Source of the DNA: Rotaria socialis
Lineage: Eukaryota
Reading direction: 5' to 3'
NCBI GenBank assembly: GCA_905331295.1
Contig: CAJNYD010000057.1
Location: forward strand, 1 to 64,000
Length of the DNA: 64,000 nt
Within the stretch, counting starts at the first letter, position 1, and the number at the start of each line of letters is the position of its first letter. Positions 1 to 13,500 of the stretch are shown piece after piece. The position numbers and the translations under genes are program-made. The notes beneath the pieces are model-generated. The model did not search any database and had not been told where the DNA came from. It was given only the letters and a program-made list of their open reading frames with translations.

Positions 1-327
1 CCCTTGATACTATTGATAAGTAATATCTTATGAAAACTAGCTAAAATAGGCGTAAAATAGTATACAACGATTAAAATTTTATCATGATGACTACAGCTTG
101 CTCATTTTTATCTGGTGAGAATCATCCGCCAACTCCAGTTATTTCATTTATTCAGTCGTAAAAAGGAAAACCTTTCCTTGTATCAGATAAATATATTTTC
201 AAACTGAATACAACAGCAACAACTAGTAAATATTGGATATGTGTATTTTTCTTTATAACTCTTATTTATCTATGATCTATGCTATGATGCTATTATGATT
301 TCAAGAATAAAAACATCTTAGTGCAAA

Positions 328-466
328 TTTTCGATATTTTTCCCTTTCGATATTTTTCCTTCGACATTTTTCTTTCTACATTTTTCCTTTCGTCATTTTC
401 TATATTTTTCCTTTCGATATTTTTCCCTTTCGACATTTTTCCTTTCGGTCTTTCTACGGCACACCG
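328..466. repeat. Degenerate tandem array of ~15-16 bp units (TTTCGATATTTTTCC-like), ending in CGGCACACCG; lies in an MTR4 intron, probably the end of a non-autonomous element
   Basis: About 8 imperfect copies of tttcga(t/c)atttttcc are directly visible, with no unique spacers. Confidence 0.75.
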
Positions 467-674
467 TGTCATCTTATGATTGCGTAATCATAATCATAGT
501 AGCAAAAAATCAATCATGCACCAGTTTGTTCTCCTGTCTGATAGCCTGTGGATAGTAATTAGCTATAGAAGAATGATTCTTGAAATCAAATTTTCAGATT
601 CTCATACTTTAATTTTGCATTAGATTGATGTGACAATAAAACAATAGCGGCTTCTTTTCTTCCGGGTAACTTAC

Positions 675-3587
675 TGTAACGAGTCTACCAGGTTGAAGAA
701 ATGGTAATAAATATTTCGGTTCATTCATCATAACAGACATTTGATCTTGTACAAGTTCGAGTTTCTTTTTTAATTTATAATACCGAGCAACTTCTTCTTC
801 ATTTTCAATTTTCATTGCTTCATATTGTTGTTCGCAATTTTTCAATTCTATAATTAAATATTTTTGAAATGAATAAAAAACTCCTAGCCGAAAAGTCTTA
901 CTCTCAACGAGTGCCGGTATAGTTGAATAGTGTTGAAATTGATAGAATGATCTTTCAAGCATAAATTCTGGATTGATACCTTCGACACGTAATAAATTCA
1001 ATACCATATTATATGTTAATTTGAATGAACTATTTAATGCATCAGCTTTTCCCTAAGATAGTAAATTTTTAAATACATCACAAGTGAAACAAAAAATTTC
1101 TTCTCCGACTTTGACAATTTCTTTAGCTGTTGTTGGACTCATTCTTTCATCAATAATTAAAACAACAATACCACGATCATCTTTACCACGACGACCAGCA
1201 CGACCACTCATTTGAATATATTCACCTGATGTTATCTTAAAATAGAAGCTTAAATTCAATTTTTTTTTCTTCAATTCTATTTACCCATCGTAGTTCTTTT
1301 CCATCAAATTTTCTAGCGGCTGTAAATAATACAGTACGAGCTGGCATATTTAAACCCATACTAAATGTTTCCGTGGCAAATAATGCTTTAATAAGACCTT
1401 CGCCAAACAGAATTTCAATTGTCTCTTTAATGATTGGTAATAAACCTGAATGATGAATACCAACACCTTTCTTTAATAATGGTAATACAGTGTTTATCTG
1501 TGGTAATGTTTTATCTTCATCAGATAATAAATCGATTGCGTTTGTAAATACTTCTTCAACAAGGCGTTTCTCATCGTCTACGAAAAGAAAAATATTTTCA
1601 TGGTTGAATATGATGCCATCGATATTTTCTGCAACATACCAGAGTTAAAATCAAGTTTAGCTATAGCACATGCATAAGATTCACAATCTTTTTTACTAAA
1701 ACTAAAGACAATAACCGGTGCTAAATTTCGTTCCATGATCATTTTAACAATTTTGAATACATTTGTTTCAGCTAATTGAAAAACAAACAAGAGAAACTAG
1801 TTTACGAATTCAATTTCCAATACAATTACCTTTAAAACCACCGCGACGTCCACGTTTATCACCTTTGGCTGCATCGCCAACATCACGCAAGGTTGCCATA
1901 GCTGCACTAAAATTATCTTCACGAAATTTCCCCTAAAACGAACTCAAGCTAAAAAATATGGAAAACAATCGAACCAAAATTACCGTTTCATCAACAACTA
2001 AATGAAGACCATCGGCACCAGCTGGATAGATATAATGATGTAGAGGCACTGGTCGCATATCAGTATAAACAACATGACAAGGCTATAAGCGACATCAGTG
2101 TTTCGATAGTTTAATTCTGAAAACGTTTTCTCTTACTTGATTATGTAAATATGAAATCCATTCTGCAAATTGCTTAGCATTCGGAATGGTAGCAGACAAA
2201 AATACATAATGCACATTATCGGGTAATAAAATAATTGTTTCTTCCCATATAACACCACGTTCTTAAAAGAAAGAACAAAAAAGAGCTTTAGAAATTATTT
2301 TTATTCATTCATACCTTTATCACGAAGATAGTGAATTTCATCAAAAATAACCCAAGCGACTTCTCGGGTTATTTCTGAGCCACGATAAAGCATAGATCGA
2401 AGAATCTATAACAAAAACTCGTGGGTTTTCTTTCTTCGAACCATAGTCAATATTTACTTCTGTTGTCATGATAAGACATGATGCTGATGGATTAAGTGTA
2501 ACATCTCCAGTCATAAGACCAACATCTTTGAATTCTTCGTGTAATTCACGATATTTTTGGTTACTTAATGCTTTTATAGGTGTTGTATATATTACACGTT
2601 GTTTATCACGTAATGCCATTGCAACAGCATATCTAATTGATGTTGTTTTTTTTTAAATGTCAAATGATTGAAATGGCAAATACGAATTTCAACTTACTCA
2701 GCAACAACTGTTTTACCAGCTGATGTATGAGCTGAAACCAGTACAGATTGATTGTTTTGTAAACATGATATTGCTTCACGTTGAAATGGATCAAGAGTAA
2801 ATTTATATTCTTTAGCTGGTGGACCCACTGGCGCTTTCAATGGTTCAAAATCGCAATTTGGTGGTAGAACAACCTGATATAAAAAGGAAAGAAATTTTCT
2901 AAGATTAAAATAACATAGAAAACAAACTTCATGTAAACATGATTCAATTGTTTCAACCGTATGAAATTTCATTCGTGGAATATTATCAAAAAAACTAATT
3001 TAAATAAGTAATAATTTTAACGAAAAAAGTCTGTTTTGTTTTTGTTTTACCTTCCAGTTCCAGTTTCCATAGGGATGTCAGTTCGAGAACGTTTCAAACT
3101 AAAATCCATTTTGTTGTCATCATCACCATCATCATCTTCTTCTAAGGATCGTTTATCTTTTGACGTTGTATCACCATTAGTGTCATCTCTGGAATGAAAT
3201 ATTATTTTTTTTATCAATTAACGAAACAGATTGCCTTCAAAACTGATTTGAAACCACTGGCACTTATTTTTGTTGCGAACATTTTATCTCAATCTTCAAT
3301 ACCAAAGCACTGTCAATGGCAAATATACGAAAGAGAATGGTCATGATTTCAGAGAGGAAACTTTTCTCTCAAAAGAAGTAACTGGCTAATTAATTGGACA
3401 AAGTGTAAAAAGAAAATGACATCTGATTCCTTAAGATTTTCTTAAAAGAAAAGTATCTAAATGATTCTTTAGCTTACATGATCGCTGCAGTTTTTGTCTT
3501 TGGCGTAGTTGATCCATTTGTAACTATTTCAACCATAGGAGCCGGTTCGTCTTGATCAAAGACATCAAAAAGTGCATCGTCACTCAT
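675..3587 (-). CDS. MTREX: Exosome RNA helicase MTR4 (SKIV2L2/MTREX), 5' portion; multi-exon, continues beyond the left edge of the window
   Basis: ATG at 3587 ([10 protein letters not shown]). Spliced exons give [73 protein letters not shown] and [10 protein letters not shown], all Mtr4/Ski2 DExH motifs. The last exon in the window ends at a GTAAGT donor at 674. Confidence 0.95.
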
Positions 3588-3976
3588 TTATATTTGTCTA
3601 AAAATAATAATTTTCCATCGTTTTCTCTTCATATACATGAAAAAATCATACAAAAGAAATTTTCAATTCTATCACTAACATAATGAGTTAAATTCAAAAA
3701 CGACGCTCATCATCAAACTCTATAGTGTTGATGTTTTCAATCCATTTACGAAACAGATTGTCTAGATGGGAAATTAATTTGTTCAATAGAAAAGAAGTTC
3801 TGGACTTAGATTAAACACCGATCCATTGACTTTCGAAATTTCTTTCTATTCTCATTGGTTCATAAATCGGCCAATCTCATAGAACCTTGACATCGCTCGG
3901 CAACCATCAATCAATGAACATTTGCAATGGTTTCATTCAGTATTCTCTTAAATATAAAATTCATTTTTAACGCAAA
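3588..3976. promoter_or_regulatory. Putative bidirectional promoter between head-to-head MTR4 and DZANK1
   Basis: Only 389 bp separate the two divergent ATGs; CCAAT-type motifs near 3855-3876 (cattggtt, ggccaatc). Confidence 0.55.
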
Positions 3977-6900
3977 ATGACGGCTGGGTCAATATCAGCT
4001 CCCTCTATTATCCCTTTACGCTCAGTTCAATATGGTCAAACACAAAAATTTACTATTAATACAAATACATTAATTGAAATTTCGAGTGAAACAAAAGAGG
4101 TCGATATTTATTATTCGTTGGATGGTTCAAAACCAGATCCATTTACAACATTAACTACACGACGTTCAACAATACAATACAGAAAGCCTTTTCATATTTC
4201 AAAACAAATTGCTAGTGCAGGAAAAGTAACCATTAAAGCGATAGCAGTTTCAAAGTAAAAGATTTTTGTTGCCAAAAAAAAAAAACAGTAAAATGATTTG
4301 ACGCTTGTGTTTCTGTTTATTTAGAGATGGTATTCGAGAGAGTGTTGTTGTTACGAAAACATTTGATGTACAATCTGTTGATTCAGAACAATCACCAGCA
4401 GACGAACATGAAAATAAATTTGTTTATGAAATACAACAAGAAAAAAAGGTAGATCTTTTAAAAATCAATAAATAAGATTTCTATTTGGAATTCGATCATA
4501 GAACATTAACTGTAACAATAGAAAAAGAAAATATATCAGTTTAGTGTTTTTAGTTACAATTTATATGAGCTAGATAGGCTCTTGTATTGTTATGTCAACA
4601 ATCAGTGCTTTTATTAAGGTCATCAAATATGAAAGATATACATTGCGTATTTCAGTCAAAAGTAAATATTATTATCTAACCCTGTGAAATTGATAACAGC
4701 GAAGAAGACATGAAGTCAAACAATTTGACATAGTATCCTTACCATAAAAATTTCTATTCAGATACAAAATTTTTGCTAGGGCACGAAAAATATATATGTA
4801 CGTTCACAGACGCAAACTATTCAAATCACGAAATTTCACACATGTGGAGTTAACTTGAACTGCAAAAATTCACACTCGAAATTTTTTTGACATATGTAAT
4901 TCAACAGTTCTCTAGTTAAATTTGATAGTATGGCTCAAATAAGTTTCATTGTTGCGATGTTTGTAATCTTTGCAATTGATATGTATACACAAGGATTTTG
5001 TATAGTAGCGATGCGATACAAAAAGTATGAAGAGACAAGATCGTAAAAGCTATAATATAGATAAAAGCTCATTAAAATGACGCAATTAAAAGGTTGAGCG
5101 TGTTTATTCGAGCATTATCGCATACAAAACCTACAACATTTTATCTTTCTGTAGAAAATATGGCATTCGCCACTTAAGCTTATTGACAAAAGATTGGCGT
5201 GAGCTAAAAAGAGATAATTTTCTTCGCTGTTAAAATTTCTTTGAGAACTTTATCCGAATAAGAACAGTTACTTTTTCGATTGACATATACTGATTGAAGT
5301 CAAACAAAAATGTGCATCCTTCACGAAAGGCCAGATTGGAAAAAACCATAAAAATGTTCTTTTTTTTCTCAAATTTTATTTTACAAATATTATTCTTGCC
5401 TTTAACAAATAGAGAAAAAAACCGCTAAGAAACACTGTATTGATGACCAATCACTCCTTAGCAATAACAACTAGAATACATAAGAGGAAGATTTTCACTG
5501 GTTGAACCTAAACTCTGTCTGAACAAGTACTTTTGAATTTTTGAAATAATAGATTCGAATGAAAAGTTTCTCGATTCTATATAATAACAAAAAAAAAACG
5601 TTCGTAAAACAGTTTCATCTATTAAAGACAACATTGATGAACAAAGCACGATGTTCAAGTGCGTTGATTGCACTATCTTGAGTGTATGATAATCATTGTG
5701 CCATAGGCCTAAAAAGCTCTTGTCTATTACTCTTATAAGTTTCCTATGTTTTTTTTTTCTACAATGAACAGTTAAGTCTATTTCGTTGACAATAGGCTGT
5801 ACCGTACACTTGAATAAAAATATTTTTATTGATAGGAATTAATAAAAAAAACTCAAGATGAAAATCAACAAATGCAACAAAAACTGTCAGGTATTAAAAA
5901 CGAGAATTCTCGTCATGGTATATAATAAAAATTTTATTAACTAGAATCAATGCGTCGTTCAGCTAATGAATCTATTGTACAAGAAAAGCCACCTCGTTAT
6001 ATCTATCCTGATCCGCAAGCGCAAGCAGGTCGTCTTCAAAAGCAAATCGATTTTCTTCGGTTTGTCTTGACGGATTTTAAACAAAAATGAACAAAATTTC
6101 ATTTTTATTCTTTTACACATTCAGATGTGCTCATTGTTTTGCAGCCAGAACAGGAGATTTGAATGCCAGATTCTGCAGCGAATGTGGTCTTCCATGGCAA
6201 AACCTTACTCAAACTCAATCTCGACTAAATCAATCAGATAGTCATTCGGTACTAAAGAAAATTCAATGAAATAAAAATCTACGATTTCTTTTAGCTTGGC
6301 ACATGTGCGAATTGTAAATCAACAGTTCCATTTAATTCGGACATATGCGTTGTTTGCGAAACACCGCTTTCACCGGAATATCAACATCGAGTTAATGTTC
6401 AAAATCAGGTCCGTTTTTCTTCAACAACTCTATCTATTCCGTTAATAAAACATTGCTTTTTTTTCTTGAAGACAAAAATTCTATGTCCCCAATGTAAAGC
6501 AACGAATCCCGTACATTTACGAACATGTATGATTTGTGAAAGTAAATTAATGCCAAGTACATCTCCTGTAAATAAATTTACATTTTCATATTCTCTTTTT
6601 GTCGCACGGTTTTTTTTTGTTTTCAATAGCAAGTTCAAGCAACAGTTTCTGTTCCGCTAGCACCGAAGCCAATAGGCACCATGATGACATGTTCGAAATG
6701 TTTTCGTTTGAATAATGCTGATGCTCGATTTTGTGATTGGTGCGGTGCGCAGCCCGAAAAATCTTCCGTGCCATTACAATGTACAAAATGTCGTTCTGAA
6801 AATGATCCATATGCGAAGTTTTGTTTAACCTGCGGTTGTGTTATTGAACCACCACTACGTGTCATTGATGCACGTCTTAGAAATGATTTAAATATTTCAG

Positions 6901-8997
6901 CTTCATCAGTCATCGGTGGTGTAAGTTGAATGACTTGTAATTTGAATTTTAATCGAGAGAATAATTTGATTATGTTTCGTTTAATAGACGTTAACGCGTC
7001 CATCAGCTTGTCCAACGTGGCTGAATGCGAATGCAACATTTAGTCATTATCGTCAACCTTATTTAATAACAAAAAGTGAAGCTTCAACGCAAACACATGG
7101 AATTTATTATCCGAGTGCGAAAGAAATCGATGTTTTAATTGCACAAAATAAACAATTACAAGCAGATAGGGAATTCAAAGAACGTCGACCAATATTAACA
7201 GCCATTAGTCCAGGAAAAGGATATTGGAGACAACAAATGGATCATGTTTGTGCGCATCTAAAAGCATACGCAGTTAATCGACCTGATTTTCGATCATTGA
7301 TTGGTAATTGATAAAATTTTACGAAGAAACTAGTCACTCATTTTTCGAGCAATCTAAGACAAAAAAGACGTTAGCCACCGTGATTAAACAATGTAGAGGA
7401 GTATCAGCGCTGTAAAACAAAATGAGAAATTAAAATAAGGAAGCCGTTCCTATGATAGTTATCATTAGTTTCAATATTTTGACATAATCTGATAACAGCT
7501 ACTTTTCTGTTTTTGAACAATAAGTGATCGCGTTGTTGTGCGAAGATTTTTTTCATGATACAGTAATGTTTGACTTGAATTTTAGTTGGCGAACACTGAT
7601 ATTTTTGTCTTTTCAATGCTTATTAATCATTTAATATGAGATAGGAGCTAATTTATGAATTTATTCTTTTCTAAATCGCTGATTAACAGAATCATTAAAA
7701 GCGAGAACTATTCTAAAAAAAAGTAAATCATTTTAGGTGAACCTCGTATGAGTAAAATGATTCATGCAACCGTACATGAAAATGAATATCAAGTAACCGT
7801 TCAAGCTGTATTTCGTAAACCAGAAAATCTTTCTCAATCAGCCTTTTACATTGATGAAACGAATGGAAATCATTCAATGAATAGTGAACGAAGTTCAACA
7901 TTTTCCAGTACATTTAATTCTGATGGTAAAGTTTTATACGAAATAAATACGTACAATAAATTCTAATCAACCGTTATTCTTGTAGATGAATATACACGAG
8001 AAAAACCTCAAGCAACAAAAGTTAAAAAGCGTTCAAGAAAACGACCACAATCAGCTGGTGTTACTGGGAACGATAGCGTGAGATTTGAGCATAGTTTTCA
8101 TATATCATATTAAATTGTTTCCATCGAATCTGTTTTAAGCAACCAAATCGTGCCTTGCTTAAATTACTTGACAAGAAAGCTGGTAGCGACAGTAAAAAAT
8201 CATCAGATCAAGTCGATATACTTCAAGAAGTCAAACAATTATTAAAAGAAGGTGCCAATGCTAATTTACGTAATAAAGAAGGCTATACTGTACTTCAATT
8301 GGCAATAAGAAATCATCATAATGAATGTTTGGATACATTGATTAAAGATGGCAAAGCTAAATTAGATTCAAGAGGACCGTAAGTAATAGAATTTCAATGA
8401 AATTTCTTATTGTTAATAGTAAATAAATGAATCGAACTGAAATTTTATTATAGAATTATATTTCTTTAAGAGGTCAAATATCATTGATGATAAAAATCAA
8501 TGAGTATACTCAAAGTTTGATTGAACAGAAATCAAAAACTTTCTACTCAATTTCTAAACCTCCTATTGACGCCTTATCGAATATCTGAATAAGTGGTTTT
8601 GCTCTCACAAATCTCTATGAATAGTTTTTCTGCAGCAGTTTTTGTTTTTTTTGTTCTATTCACGTTTTTTAGACGAGGTAATACAGCTTTGCATGAATGC
8701 TGTTTACTTGGGTATGATGGCATTGAACCATTGAAAATTCTTCTAAAGTAGTTATTGTTTTTTTTTTGGTATGAAAAGAAAACGAAATTTAAATTTTCTT
8801 TCTCAAGGAATGGAGGTGACGTCAGTTGGATGAACGATAGAAAAGAGACTGTTATTGATGTTGCAGTAAAAGCCAATTGTCCAGATTTAATGCAAATTAT
8901 GGCATCACATCATGGCCAACAGTTGATCGATCGGCAAATGAAAATCTATAATGATCATTCACGAACGACAATTACCGATGGTCATCATTCATCGTAG
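3977..8997 (+). CDS. DZANK1: Double zinc ribbon and ankyrin repeat-containing protein 1 (about 14 exons)
   Basis: N-terminus MTAGSISAPSIIPLR and an Fn3-associated domain (IYYSLDGSKP...IKAIAV); repeated CxxC zinc ribbons (CSKCFRLNNADARFCDWCG, CTKC...AKFCLTCG); TAISPGKGYWRQQMDHVCAHLKAYA; C-terminal ankyrin repeats (GYTVLQLAIRN, GNTALHECC). Stop TAG at 8995-8997. Confidence 0.92.
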
Positions 8998-10500
8998 AAG
9001 AAAATCTTAAAAAAATACTCATAATTTCTTTTTTTCTCTCTCTCTCTCTCTCTTTTGTTCCATAGGATAACATTTCTTTTTTGTCGCTGTAGCTTTCGTT
9101 TTTGTCTATGTTTTAAAATGGGGAAATAAAACAAAAAGATATGTTGTTCGTTGTGTTTTTATCTTCTTAATTCTAACAATTTTCAGCGTGTTCACTATTG
9201 AGTATTGTGTGCTTTGCATATTGTTTTTAACTGTTAACATTAAAATGAATTTCACGAGATTTCATTTGACTATCACGTATTGACAACTATCAACAAAACA
9301 AAATAATAAATCCATGTACAAAATACTTCAGATATCAAAGATATGTGTATGTATCAATCTATCGATCAATGATCATGATGCGAACCAATGAAAAAGTCAA
9401 CCAATCAATGGCAAATTGAAAAATACAAATGTAAGGTTTTATTTTCTCGTAAATTCACAAGGATTTAAATTGAGTACTGATAGGGAAAAAACTATTGATT
9501 CCTATCTGTGCATTCAATGGAAAATTGCAATTGTTTATGAGACTAAAATTTGAATAGAAATGGCGAAGTTAATTGCCAGGGCTTTTTCGTATCACTCAAA
9601 TAGTCAAAAGCTGAAGAATGACACGCTTTGTTATTGTCAAAGATAAGATGTTATGAAAATTTTCTACACACGCTTCATCTTATCAATACTATCCGTCTAC
9701 GATATGCACACAATATATTCCTTTTTTACAATCATATGGCCAACTATTTGTCTCAATAGTTTCTGCCTGTTAAATGATTATTGAATAGATTTCTTCTATG
9801 ACATGGAAAAACTAGAGAAGTTTATTTTTTCTTCGTCTTACTAATGTTAAAATGTGTGTGACATGTTTAGTGAAAAAATAAAGTTTCTGTCAAGTACTAA
9901 CAAATTGTAATTTTTGTGGCATCAACTACCTTGAAAGGAGAACATTAATGAAGCCAATGTAAAGTTTTTTTTCTCACATATCAAAATGAAATTTTCGAAC
10001 GTGCCTAATTCGATAAATCAATCACATATCAGCTTTTAGAAACCTTATGAGATGTAAAATATAATTTTAATAAAAACAGTAATGCTCTCGTTTTTCAATT
10101 CAAGTAACGATAAGGATTTTCTCGGTGTGAGCTTTTGAAATCCATGGCAACCGTCGTCGACTATTTTTCTTTTAATTAAAGGTTTCGCGTTGTATGAAAA
10201 TGTTTGCTCTGTCTTATCCGATGTTAAACGATAAGAAGTAAGGCAACAATTTCATGTGCTATAATGCCGCATGGAGAAAAAAAAACGATGACCATGTAAG
10301 GAAAAAAAATGATTCTACATCAACATCACGTATCGTAAATCTTGCATGATATATCTTTTGTAGTCTAGTCTAACACTGTTATGTATTAGATAGTGAAAAA
10401 GTAGTGTACACAAATACTTATTCTCATAGTAGAGAATTTAGTTTTAATGATATCAATGTAACTCTATTGATAATTTTTAGATTGAAATTTTGAATTAGAT

Positions 10501-13500
10501 ATGGCTTCTTCTTCATCATCACCTTCACCAATTTTTACCAGAAAGTCAACTGACCAAAAAGATGCAGTACTTTCGCCAATGCAACGAAAACGACGACAAC
10601 ATCGAGGTTCTACTCAGAAATCTTTTTCACATTCGTCCGACACGGATGATGATGATGATGATGATGATGCTGATGATGATGACGATGAGGAGAACGATGA
10701 TGCTGCTATTGAATTGTTAGATGAACAAACAACATCATCTGCTCTTTACGAAGTCAACGGTTTGTTTTTTTTTGTTTTATAATTAATATTTATTTATCGT
10801 TGGAAATTAGATGCTCTTTTGAGTGTATTAAAATCACATATTGAATTGATAGGTTTGTTTAGAAAATTCAAAGCTAATTTTTGCGTATATGTTCCAAAAA
10901 AAAGATAAGCTTTTTTTCTGCTTGATCGGAGAATAACAAACGTTTTGTTCGTCCGAACAAAATGTTCATCTTTTAAAAGCGGTTTACATTTCTCCTTGAA
11001 ATAAATATATTTCTCCTTGGTCGCATTATAAATTATACATCAAGCAATTCAAGTCTAAATTTGTCAAATGAATTGCTTTGAATAGTCAGAGAGAAAAACT
11101 AATAACATGTCAATGTGTATTTTGTTTCACAAAAAAAACAGTATGACAACAAATTCCATTAAGGTTTGAATTCAACAGCTAGTAAAGTAAAATTTTTTGC
11201 TAAACTTCTAATTGTTTAAGTTGTCTATTCTTCTTTATATTTTACTTATTCACTCAAACACACAAAAACCACTTCACCTTTCAACTATCGTCTAATAGGA
11301 AATGGTGACCTTTATTAACAAGTGTCAACATAAATAGATGGACTTGAACTAACAGATTATGAGTTGTGCGTAAATCTTTTTCCACTGAGATCAACCTCGG
11401 ATAAAAATATATATACACAAATCAAGAGTACCATAGTATCAGTATCGCAGGGTTACCGTTCAATTGTGTAATCTTCTTCATTCTTGACTTTTTTTTGTAT
11501 CCTACAGATGTGTATACACTTCTGATTTTTTTCTTTTTCCTCTCAGCAATAACTATCGAAAGAATGAACCGCTTGATGAACAAATAATACCTTTCGTTAC
11601 CGTTGATGCACCTTCTTGACTTCGTCTTTTTTTGACTTAATATCACTCGAAAAGAACGGCGAACGTGTGAGGTGAGCAAAACGTTAGTAATATTGATGTA
11701 TTTTTAAAATTGATGGCTCATATGTAGTTAAAAGGAATCGTTTAAGTTAGAATCACTGCCTTTTTCTTTCTTCTTCTCTATATAAAACACTTGATGCATT
11801 GCATTCATCGTATGTTTTGGCAAGAAGAAACCTCGAAAGGTTTATTCTAAAGTAGTACGAGACTATTCCGATGAATTATGAAGAAATCGAAACCAATCGA
11901 CGCAACGCTTCGTAAATGATTATATAATTATTTTCTTTTGTCTTGGCTATTTTTAGCATCAACACATCGACATATCAATAGGCATAAAAAGGCAAAAGAA
12001 AAAGATTATCAAACATCTCAGAGAAATAATAACAATAAGCGTGATCATAGTTCACAACAGGTAAGGTTTTTCTTCGATTAACTCCTTTCATTTTCTTTAG
12101 TTTTCTTTATTCGTTTTCATTTTTTGCTTATTTTTCTTTCTCGCTTAATGAAGACAAAATGAATTTGAAGTATGTTGTTTCTATCTTTTATTTTCTTTTA
12201 CTTTTGTTCGCGTGGGGTCTCTTCTTGCAAACACAAAATCATTTCTCGTGTCGTATAGTAATTTATTGCAGCCAGTTCTATTTTTTTGGTTTGCTAATAC
12301 AAAAAATCTCCTTTTTTTCTTCTCTTATAAAACAAAACGACGATAAAAAAAATCCGAACGATTGTATTAAGATGATGTTTGTGACAGTCAATGTCATAAA
12401 CACCACAAATACAGAAAAAAAGGAATCTTTGTATTTCGTATACATGTTCGCTTTACATTCCGCTAGTGGTTCTTTTTTCTTTTGTGTTCTTAACCACCTT
12501 AATTCTGTCTTGATTCACTTCAGGGCTCGATCGTTGATAGTCGATCGCATTATCAAAATTCTAAATTTTTACAACAGACAAGAACAACAACATCCGATGG
12601 TAATATTTAAAGAGAAAAATAGTTTTTGCTTTTATGTACATTCTTTGTTCTTTCTTATGTACAAATACTATGTTAGTCCAAAAATTCTCAGAAGTAACAT
12701 CACAAAAACAAGTAAAAATACATGAATCTGAAATGTTTCTATTTTCTACTATTCGATTTATTTAGATAACACAAGATGAATACGACGAATTAAGTAGTAT
12801 CATTGAAAATACGGACGTTCCACTATCGACTATGCAAAGATTAGCTGAAGAAAACCCACTAGCTCCATCTCATTCACAATCATCTCAATCACCAAATCTT
12901 GATAGACGAGGTGTAACAAATTTAGTTTCACCGCAAAACTCTCCACTATCTAAATCAAACATGGTTTCGATTCAATCTACTTCTTCTCCTCGGCCTCTTC
13001 CGAAATCTTGTATACCATCACCTCGACCGTCTGAAACAAACGAAGTTCTGGTCTATCCATCGTCGATTAGTTTAAAGGTAGCCATGTGAAAACATGCTTA
13101 AAAGAAAATCTTTATTTTGTTTTTATTTACTCATACCTTGCAAACATTTTCTCCCCATATTAATTGCAAAGTTTGAAGACATGAAGGTGTAAGAGCAAAT
13201 ACATATTAACAAGTATCACCAATTATTGTTTTTCACTAAATAAACAAAGTTTAAATAATCTATATTATTTTCAAGGTCTTCGAATAATACATCTTTTCTA
13301 AATGATGCTTTGTTTTTTCTTTCTTCCTTCTATAGGGTCTTTTATCATATCAAGATGTGATCGGTGCTATTGAACGTGAATTTCATTTACATGAAGGACA
13401 GGAACGTGAAATTATCATGAAGTTATGGCTGAAAGAACAGACAATGATGTCAATTTTACAACGCTATCGACATTTACTACAAGATCTAAATTTAGACGAC

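Noticed and set aside
328..450. Regular short repeats resembling a CRISPR array
   Set aside because: Units are directly tandem with no unique spacers, no cas genes are present, and the context is a eukaryotic intron.
12159..12725. 188 aa ORF from the ORF track
   Set aside because: F/K/I-rich translation of AT-rich intron sequence inside the coiled-coil gene, with no recognisable motif.
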